DNA of 61,975 nucleotides, counting the filler, from Aduncisulcus paluster (Eukaryota): the NCBI GenBank assembly GCA_024181965.1. It is 5 parts of 5 records of this genome, joined end to end, with 100 filler letters (N's around TTAATTAATTAA, not from the genome) between each part and the next. Parts side by side here need not be neighbours in the genome. Positions count along the whole stretch, not along the records: positions 16,161 to 24,588 come from BQXS01010816.1; positions 24,689 to 36,605 come from BQXS01010817.1; 3 more parts are not named here. One strand, 5' to 3'. Below, piece after piece: positions 20,929 through 30,600 of this stretch. Position 1 is the stretch's first letter. Each line of letters begins with the position of its first letter. The notes under the pieces are model-generated. The model was not told the origin of the DNA, ran no database searches, and saw nothing but the letters and a program-made list of their open reading frames with translations. The translations under genes and the position numbers were made by a program.

Positions 20929-23637
20929 ATGTCACGTAGTCAACAATTAATGAGCGAATTAGATATTATTCAGAATATCATTGAAAAAATTAGAATTCTC
21001 CTTGAGCAATTGGTTGAGCATCAAGATTTTGATCATCAAAATTTATTAGACTTTGCTGAGAGGTTATCTGTCTTTCAACCTTGTTATTCTGAAATAGATA
21101 TAGGCAGTATATGTGATACTTTTGGCCAGATCCTTACACTTCCATTAGAAAATGATATCACAACCGTTTTGGTACTTCGTCTTGTGTTAAAATATCCTAT
21201 TGATTGTTTAACTCTTTCTTCCTTTCAAGGTCTTATAGATTGGGTTACCCATATGCTGATTCCTAAGTTCACTACGACTGGAGCCCCTCTTGTTGAAGAA
21301 TCCACGATAACAATTCTCTTAACTGTCATTCAAAAGATTACTAACGTACTAATATCAGAAGATACTGTACATCGCTTTAGAAGTGTGGATATGGATAACC
21401 ATATCATTAATTTGATTGATTCTCTAGTTCCCTTGCTTGAAAATTGTGAAGCTCAGATTCCTCAAAATTGGATTAAATTTTTGCGTTCGAAACTATCTCA
21501 ATGTATTTGTTCGGCAACATCAGCAGTGCCATCTCCACCCTCCTTGTCAAAGAATGATTTAGATTCTTCTCCGGACGAGTCAGATTCCGAATATGAAGAT
21601 TCTTCTATCACATTCCCACATAGGGTACAACTGAGTGATTTCCCTGCGATAGATCCCTCAAAGCTTCCTGATAAATATTATCGGGGCAAAGGGAATAAGG
21701 ATTGTCGTTTTTCTGTCTTTCAAACTCCCATTAAGAGTTCACATTCTTCAAGGAAATGGTGTAAGAACCAGTGTGTGTTTGGTTATTCTAGAATTGGAAG
21801 TTCACCACATGTTATTCGAGAAATGTGTATTATATCAGACATTTGGCACCGATTACTACATAATCCTGAATGTCATGAGGTAGTTGGTCTTCTTAATGTT
21901 GCATCATACTTTCCTTTGTCTATTGCTGTTGAAAATGAGAGATATCCTGCTATTTTATCCCGAAGAATCTCATCTCAAACTGATATTGTTTTGTTATTCG
22001 ATAATCTATTTCCCGTTGAGTTTCTGTGGTCATCTCGTGATGTAGAAGGATTATTTGGATACTATTGTTTAATTAATGAATGCATATTCACGGCTCTGTT
22101 ATTGTGGCCTCGCATTGAAAAAATCTTTGAGAATATGTCACCAGAAATAATTGGTGCTCTGCAAAGAGGAGAAACCAGTGAAGAAGATCAAGAAGATCTA
22201 TTTTTATCTGATTATTCCTTCCAGATTCAAACTAATACTTCTCATCACAAAGGCGGTATTGATTCTCAAAGTTCAGTATCAGAACAACCCGAGATATCTC
22301 AAAAAGATTATGGTTCTGGACAGATTTTTATGAATTTGTGTGGATTAGAAAAAATGTTTAGCTTTCCCAATATCACTCAAGATGGGAAACGTTGGTTTTA
22401 TTCTAGATTAAAGGATTTTATTCGCAGACGAATTAAAGGATTTTCTTTGGAACAATTCCCTTTTTTACGACCACTTCATGATTTTCTTCATTCAGATAGT
22501 TTGATGGCTTTTGAAGAGTACTATAATTTGTGTTGGACAAGTTTGATGATGCTAGGTTATCCAAATATGGATCGAGATGAATATGAAACGTGGAGACAAC
22601 ATTATGCAAAAAGATGGGCCAAGAAAGCCGTTGAATTAGAATCGGAGAGAAATTTACCATCAATACATTTTGATCAAGAATCATCTGCACAGTCTTCAAC
22701 CAGCGATCATTTTTCAAAGGCTCCACGTTTGCAAGTAGCTGTGTCTTCATCACAAACACCGTATGGACCAGGGGCCAGTGTTAGTTTAAGTTTAAAACAG
22801 CGTTCTAGCGGTAATCAATCATTTTCTGGGTCTGGGACTCATCCTTCAACCGGTGAAATTGCTTATTCGGAGACTCAATACTCCTATCTTTCGGAATCAA
22901 GGACAGAAGATAAAGAATCAGATAAGTCCCAATACCAAGATACATCTTCTAGTGCACATGAATCACAGAAAATCATGGGTGGTATTGACATTGATAATTC
23001 TAGAAGGTTTGAGAAAGAACATGTGAAATCAGAGAGAGAATTAACATCAACTCTTGAAATTAGGGAGAAAGATTATTCAGGATCGTTCTACCGTAAATCG
23101 TCCTTATTGTTGGATTCTCGGAAACGAAAAAGAGGTACTTCTCGGAAAAGAGGTTCTTCCAAACCCAATAATCCAGACATTCCTTATATTTCTCTTACTA
23201 TTCCAGAAGTTAAAGATGTATCATTACATCAGGTAGATCCACCTGCATCGATCAGTGAACAACAAAGACCTCCAGCTCAGAGAAAAACCAATATAAGGTG
23301 CACTGAAAATTCAAGTTCTTCTTCAGTTTTACCTTTAAGATTGGAACCTCGTCAAGTTGATGTTAAAGATAGTGATCAAATTCAATCATCTTATTGTCTT
23401 ATCGAATCAGAAACAGAAATCGAATCTCATGAAGGTGAGGTTCCACCTTTCTCCTTGTTTTCTCAAGCTGATGCCAGCGAACCACACTCAGCAATTGACA
23501 ATAGACCCGTAAATGGTGATGGCGAAGAAGATTTTGGTGATGGTTGTGATGAATTTCTGTCAGTATCAGAAACTGATGTTTCACATACTCAAGATTCAGT
23601 TGACAGTGCGTCAATGAATCTCTCGGAACAGAAATAG
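20929..23637 (+). CDS. Hypothetical protein, ~900 aa (helical N-terminal region, Ser-rich disordered C-terminus)
   Basis: Long ORF. First ATG at 20929. No family recognised. Confidence 0.75.
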   Translation: MSRSQQLMSELDIIQNIIEKIRILLEQLVEHQDFDHQNLLDFAERLSVFQPCYSEIDIGSICDTFGQILTLPLENDITTVLVLRLVLKYPIDCLTLSSFQGLIDWVTHMLIPKFTTTGAPLVEESTITILLTVIQKITNVLISEDTVHRFRSVDMDNHIINLIDSLVPLLENCEAQIPQNWIKFLRSKLSQCICSATSAVPSPPSLSKNDLDSSPDESDSEYEDSSITFPHRVQLSDFPAIDPSKLPDKYYRGKGNKDCRFSVFQTPIKSSHSSRKWCKNQCVFGYSRIGSSPHVIREMCIISDIWHRLLHNPECHEVVGLLNVASYFPLSIAVENERYPAILSRRISSQTDIVLLFDNLFPVEFLWSSRDVEGLFGYYCLINECIFTALLLWPRIEKIFENMSPEIIGALQRGETSEEDQEDLFLSDYSFQIQTNTSHHKGGIDSQSSVSEQPEISQKDYGSGQIFMNLCGLEKMFSFPNITQDGKRWFYSRLKDFIRRRIKGFSLEQFPFLRPLHDFLHSDSLMAFEEYYNLCWTSLMMLGYPNMDRDEYETWRQHYAKRWAKKAVELESERNLPSIHFDQESSAQSSTSDHFSKAPRLQVAVSSSQTPYGPGASVSLSLKQRSSGNQSFSGSGTHPSTGEIAYSETQYSYLSESRTEDKESDKSQYQDTSSSAHESQKIMGGIDIDNSRRFEKEHVKSERELTSTLEIREKDYSGSFYRKSSLLLDSRKRKRGTSRKRGSSKPNNPDIPYISLTIPEVKDVSLHQVDPPASISEQQRPPAQRKTNIRCTENSSSSSVLPLRLEPRQVDVKDSDQIQSSYCLIESETEIESHEGEVPPFSLFSQADASEPHSAIDNRPVNGDGEEDFGDGCDEFLSVSETDVSHTQDSVDSASMNLSEQK

Positions 23638-23798
23638 GAGAAGTTTCTAGCTTTATTCAAGGAGATGGAAAATTTCAAATGATTGTTTTTTGATTTCACT
23701 TGGAGCATTGTTGAATCAACATTGTTGAATCAAGATAGCTCTAAAAATAATTTGTAACTTATAAAAATTTCAAATAGAGGCTTGAGAAATAAAGAATA

Positions 23799-23846
23799 GC
23801 ATCTACCCAGGATAACCAGTTGCCGGTTCGACCCCCGGTGGATGCA
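23799..23846 (+). ncRNA. tRNA-derived minihelix (acceptor stem + T arm, no D or anticodon arm)
   Basis: GCATCTA pairs with TGGATGC followed by A. CCGG-TTCGACCC-CCGG T-arm. Only ~17 nt lie between the acceptor 5' strand and the T-stem. Confidence 0.4.
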
Positions 23847-24128
23847 TCCAAATGACTGAGATCCGTACTGTAATAAATGCCCCAGTGAACAAGGTTTCCA
23901 TTTTCTTACGTTCAAAGAAAACGAATAATAAAATATATATTTGTTAATAAAATTTAATTATGAATTTTATAAAAATATTATTAATTTGTGCAATCAGTAT
24001 TACGAATTGTAAACGATTGATTTGTGATCAGTTTGTGACTTACTCGTTTGAAAACAAAATGAAAGTTAAATATATAATTATTACTTATTATGGAATTTAG
24101 TAGATATGGTATCATAATTATATCTGTT

Positions 24129-24588
24129 TTATTTGTCGGATAGGGGTCTTGGAATTCGAGAATTAAAAGCATACATAGCTTTTAACATCATGGTCTCTAC
24201 AGATTGTTTTGCCATTAACCGAACGTTATGAAGATGGACAACTGAAAAAAAACGTTCTACAGCGGCGCCGGTCATCGGAATTGTAGACATCAATTTTCTC
24301 ACTAATTCCAGATGAATTAATTCAGTTTTCCTTTTTTCTGGTTTTTCTTTGCAATATACTTTTAATTGTCTTCTTGCTTGCGGTGACAAGGGAATGTGAA
24401 GCCTTTTTAGGCCCTGTTCAATTTTATCTGGATCCTTTGATTGAATTGGCTCCGGTTGTCCTGTTTGCCATTTTGAAGGATCCATGGCAATAACAGAGTA
24501 ATAGATACAAAGAGATTCATTTAATATCTTTGTAATCAATTTATATGATTTTTTTGGGGTTTTAGATCCCATCCAGTCACCTTCTATT
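24129..24588 (-). mobile_element. hAT transposase C-terminal dimerisation domain, truncated at the contig end
   Basis: LVRKLMSTIPMTGAAVERFFSVV matches the hAT (L)S.IP.(S/T)(S/A)A..ER.FS motif. Frame open to the contig edge. Confidence 0.7.
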
Positions 24589-24688
24589 NNNNNNNNNNNN
24601 NNNNNNNNNNNNNNNNNNNNNNNNNNNNNNNNTTAATTAATTAANNNNNNNNNNNNNNNNNNNNNNNNNNNNNNNNNNNNNNNNNNNN
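24589..24688. other. Artificial contig linker
   Basis: N44-TTAATTAATTAA-N44. Confidence 0.98.
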
Positions 24689-24689
24689 G

Positions 24690-27600
24690 CATTGTATCAG
24701 CGTTTTGGGCTCTAATGGTCAAATTTATATGCTTATATTCGCCAGTTTCACTGGTAAAATTGTTATTGTTAGTCGATTTAATGTCGTTGACGATTCAAAT
24801 TCTTTAAATTTCACAGATTTGTATAATGTTCATTTTGGAATTGGTAACGACTCGCTTGGAGAACTTCTTGGATCAAATGTGATTAACGAAACCTCAACAA
24901 CACTTGATTACCCTGTAATCATTGAGTTTTCTCCAACGGTCAACGAAGACGCAGCCACCTTGGAGGCCATTGATATTGTGAACCATTGTTCACATGGAAT
25001 ATATGATATTGACGAGGGAAAATGTATTTGTGATACATGTTACACTGGTCGTACATGTCACTTCCCAACATGTCTCCGTTCTTTCTCATCCAACAATTCA
25101 TTTTATTCCTCCTCCTTGAATTTGGATTCGAATACCTATGAATCAGAAATTATTGATTTCGATAATCTTACGTTATCGGATTTTTTCTCTCTTAATGACG
25201 ATACAATCAATTCAAATAATCAATTGATTGAGAAATGTGGTGATGGTAGTGGTTGGGAGTGTGTTAAATTTGGAAATCAGACCGTTTCGGTGTGTTCTTA
25301 CCCATTTTTCTATTTTGGGATCTCTTCTAACAATATTATTTCCCTCGAAACGCATCCAATCTGTTCGATATTCATTCATAAATTTCGTCAATCCACTATC
25401 ATTGGCGGGAATATCACTGGGCCAGTATTTGTGAGTGCTGAATCCAAGCTTATACTCGTTGGATCGATTTTCTCATATGCTGTTGCCAGAGGAAATTCTT
25501 ATGATATTTCGTTTGTGTCTATTGATCAAAATATCTTCGATTTGGATTCTGCAATCGGCGATTCTTTGGCTATTTTACATCAAAACAGGACATTTTTGAG
25601 TGTCGTTATGCCGATTGAAAGTTATTCAATATCCATTAATTCCACTGATATTTCTTTGACTGATATTAACTCTGTGAATTATACAAACGATCCTTGTTTT
25701 AGAGCTACGACATGTATTGGATGTGATTTCACTTATTCTTCCATTCCGTCAGGGAGATCTCTGACTGTGGGTTCCACGATTTCTCTAATTTCTTCTATCA
25801 TGGTTGGCGGTGATTTTGTCCATTATGTTACAATAATCAAAGAATCTCAGGATCTTGGGGATATTATTTTGAATCCCGGCGATATATGTTTCGGCTCTAA
25901 TTCATTTTCAAATGCCCCAACAACTTCAACTACATCTGTGAACTTTCTCAAAAGAATTAGATCTATATTTGGAAATGAGGATATTTCTGCAGATAATCGT
26001 GAACTTATCGTCACAATGAATGCTCTCATTTCAGATGGATATGAAACCGCTCTTGAAGCTCAAACAGAATCAGCTGACAATCAGTATTTTTCAGCAGGAA
26101 ACGGTGGAGCTGCAATTGGAACAATATTTTACATGAATTTGTACGATTCTACAAATGTCACAGATTCTTCTAATTATGATATTTCCAATCTATTACTATC
26201 TGTCCAACTTAAATTATATTATTACGGGGTGATTGAGATTGTTTATTCATCAGATTCGACTCTTTCTGATAGTACCGATGTTATATTTGATGTTTCTTCA
26301 TCGATTCAATATTCTACAAATGTTCCATCACTAAATGAAGCTTATTCTGTCCTTTTCGATCCGTCTCATATTTCTTCGAGTTCTGATACTTTCTCATTAT
26401 CTAAATATATCGAAATGAATGAACTTCATTGTATTCATGGGACTCTTAATGTTTCACAAGATTCTGTGACCTGTGAATGTGATGATCGCTGGCGTGGTGA
26501 ATTCTGCAACACATGTTCCTTGGCTTATTTTGGCGATGAGGAGAATGGTTGTACTCGGCCTAACTGCCGAGGAAGATGCAAAAACAATGATGGTCGTTGT
26601 ATTGTGATTTCTGATGATGCTACTATCTGTGGCTGCAATGAACTATTTTCAATTGACTCGAGTACTGCAATTATCCCATACAAAACCCAAACAGTCACCG
26701 AAACTATCCAATCAAGCGTTGATCCTTCCTTTTTAATGACACACCAGGCCCTTATGGCGATGTGTGAAGTCAACATTCACAGTGACGCCTTTTGGATATC
26801 AAGTGGGGTCAGTATTTGGGGCTCAATGAGTATTCCTTCGGGGGCTACACTCGGCATTGAAGGCGAAATGTTCGATTTTGGACAGGGTTCTCATTTTTAT
26901 ACAAGTGAAATATTATCTTATTCCGAACAACTTAGCTTCTCAAGTACTAATTCTGAAATTACATGGGTGAAAATTATGTCAAATTTGGATTCTGATAGCA
27001 CATCGACTTCTAATATTATGTTTGGCGTTAAATCTTCAGCATCAAGTTCTTCTTTGTCCAATGATTCTTTACAATCTGCTGCTAAAGGTATTTTTTTTGA
27101 ACATTCTGCTTGTGCCGTTGCCAATACCAGTAATTATTATACTGTTGCTCCAACAATCGACCAAGTATTTCACAGTTGTGAACGTGGTTTCACGTCTGTT
27201 TTCATTCCTGACGAATCTTTGAAGGATTCTGAAGGAAATTCAAGACAATTGTATAACAATATCGATTCTGTATTTGAAGTTGTCACTGAATTTTTACCCG
27301 AAGACTGTCAATCTGATAATTCTAACTGTTATTTCGAGTGGTTCGTGTGGAAATGGCTCCTTTTTGGTGACACTGTCAGCAAATTAAAGATATACAAGGG
27401 AACGATTGAGTTTTATGATTATGAAAATGATTATTTGGGTAATCTTGTTCCTATTAACCCCGATATTCCTTCTCATTTCAAGTTATTTATAGATGATTCC
27501 CCATCTTATCCCTCTGATTGCTCTTGTTGTGATCACCGATTAATCATTCAAACAAGCGTTTCAACTTTATTGTTTAGCGTGATTGCTCAAATAAGTTTTT

Positions 27601-30600
27601 ATCGCGATGGTAAATTGACTGTCGATTATCAATTTGATTCATCACTTGATTTCGCATCAGCTATTCTTCTTGAACTTTCTGTCTTTGGGAAATCTGTTCC
27701 TCCTCCTCCGTGGCCAGAAATAGAATATGTCACCGATTACTCATCTAAATTGGGATGCGGGGACTTTTCTTCATCTTCAACCGATTCTTCAAGTTGTCCC
27801 CTTGTTGAGTTCACTATCGCTTTAGTTCCCTCGCCCAATGATATTATTTTTGACATTGGTTCCGAGGTCTGTGATCCACCGTGCATTAACGGTCTATGCC
27901 AGGGATCTATTTGTGAATGCAGTGTGAGAACAACCGGAGATCAGTGTGACCAATGTGTGGGTGGATGGATAACCGTCAATGAAGACTCTCCTTGTTCATA
28001 TCCAAGTTGTCTATTTTTAGATGAATGTTCTAATCATGGAACATGTTCTGGCAGTTTGGTAACTGGAGAACAGAAATGCATATGTGACGATGGATATGTT
28101 GGAGAACAATGTGAAATCACAACTCCAGATGTCGGATGTGGATCGAATGGGTGTTCGAATGGCGGATTATGCTTTTCTGGAGTCTGTTATTGCCCTGAAG
28201 GTTTCTCTGGTGACTATTGTACTGCTCTTGAATGCATTGGAGGTTGTTCTGAGGATATTGGCGGTGGTGAGTGCGATACTCTACGTGGTTTATGCGATTG
28301 TAATGATTATTTCAGTGGAGATAACTGTGAATATTATACTCTTGATGATGATGTTTGTTTATACGGCGTTTATGACTCGAAGACATTGATTTGTGACTGT
28401 GAAACCTTGTATAGCGGATCGCATTGTCAATGTGCAACCAATTCTTCAGGAGAATTATGCAATGGACATGGGTTTTGTGCTAAATTTGGATGCATATGTA
28501 ACGAGGGATATTCTGGAACAGATTGCAATATTGAACGATATCCGGAAGTTCAAAGTGTTGAAATATCATACTCCAAAGGAAATATTATCCTTACTTTTGA
28601 GAATGAAATTAAAATTGTGGGGTTGGATTCAGAAAACATTGTATTTTTTTCCGTTGATAATATCATTCAATCTGATTATTATGGATTTTGTAACTATGAA
28701 TCCACCAATGATGGAGGGCTAAAAGGCTTTAATTATCTTTCTCGAGCTTCTCTGATGTCGGACAAAATACTCACAATTTCGCTAGGTGGTTGGAGTATTG
28801 TTGCTCCTGGTTTCTCTTTCACTCTTTCTGACAATATAGTTGATAAATACACTCAAGCGCCCATTCCAGAACCTTTAACAATCACAATATCCTCCGAATC
28901 TCTTCCTCCTTTTTCTCCACCAGTGATTCCCTCATCCATGATTCCAACCATCATCCCCATTCAAAGAGATCTTTTGATTCGTACAGGAGCTCTTGAGTAT
29001 CAAGGCTTTGGAAGACCAGAAATGCAATGGACATTGGTCATTGATGTATCAAATGAAAATTCATATACAATCCAACTTGAGGAATTGTTATCAAACCACT
29101 CTTCTTCTCTCTCTTCCTCCTCAAGCTCCGACAGTGCAACCTTCTGTGCTCCACCATATAGTTCTTTTGTGGTTATTCCAGCTGAATTACTTACAAATCT
29201 CTCGAATAATGGACTCGATGAGCTCTGTATAAAGCTCAGGATGAAGAATTTCTTTTCTGTAAGCTGGTCTGAACATGTTTTTGTCATTTCTCTTGTTGAT
29301 TTGAGTGATTCTTCATCAACAATCACAGGTGGTTTACGTGGGGGCGTTGAACAACTAATTTTAGAAGCTAATCCGACATCCATACCGATTTCCTATCCTG
29401 TTCGAGTTCCTGTTACGATGGATATTCGTGGATCGTCACCGATATTCCCATATAAAGGTTATGAAGTAGGTTTTTTTGAGGAATCAGATCGGTATCGGTA
29501 TGAATGGGAATGTTACAATGTTGACACTGGTGATTATATCACTTCTGAGTTTATTCAACTCCACTTTGACCCATATTTTGGTGAGGAAGGATCGTACGAG
29601 TGTTTTATTCGCGTCTTTAAGGGTTCTGATTCAATTGAAGCTTGCTATGAAACCTCAACTTCACTTGTTCTAACATATCCTCCTTTAATGTTGTCAATTA
29701 CGGACAATGTTTGGAATCGCACGGTTGTGGCCGGTGAGAAAGTTGAGGTTACGGCTATTTTGAGAAACTCTGAAATTGGAACATCGTATGCTTCATCGTT
29801 CTTCACAAAACAAAATACATCAGCAAGTTGGTATTGCTATCGAAAAGAAGACTCTGAAGAAGGAAATGGAGAAAATGTTATTTTGGTTCAAGATGGATGG
29901 ACATTGAAATTTATTCTTCCCGATTATGTTCCTGAACAATATTACTTAGTGTGTTCATGCATTGCTTGGATGGAAGACAAATCTCTTGGCTCGACAATCG
30001 ATGTACATTTTACAATCTTGCCTTCAGATATTAGAACTATTGATGATTATAACAAGGAACAAGAGGCTGTTAATGAATCCTTAAAGGTCTCAATTCTCAA
30101 TGATAATGACACCATTGATGGATATCGGTTTGAGTATTTCTCTAAAATTGAACATTATTCCTCATTGGCTAATCTAAATATAGCGTGGAGCCTACCAACT
30201 TTTGAGGAAGCAGCTCAGAGTTTCTCATATTCTAATTTTGGAGTGTTATCGACATCTGAGGAAGAAGAAGAATCAGAGTCCGAGGAAATATTATCATCAT
30301 TGTTGCAAAATCCACGAATAGAAAATGTGAGCTGGCTTTCTGCGCAAAACCATGGAATATTAAAACTCTCTCAGCTTCAAAATACCTCAGCAGATAACTT
30401 TGTCTTCCAATTAACAATATCTGACTCTGGAAATCCCAATTCTGACACTGATTCTAAGACTGATTCTGAGATAAATATAGAATTTATGACGAATATTCTG
30501 AGGAATGACATTATTCCACCACAATACATGTTTTTCTTACCAACCAAACTGATTAACGAAGGATTTTACATCACTTCTGATCTGATTGAATACTCCCAAT

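Noticed and set aside
23805..23890. Twister ribozyme or SECIS element
   Set aside because: TAAC...GCCGGT...CCCGG resembles twister only superficially and the pseudoknot pairings are missing. The ATGA...TGA stem pairs poorly and no in-frame TGA gene is adjacent.
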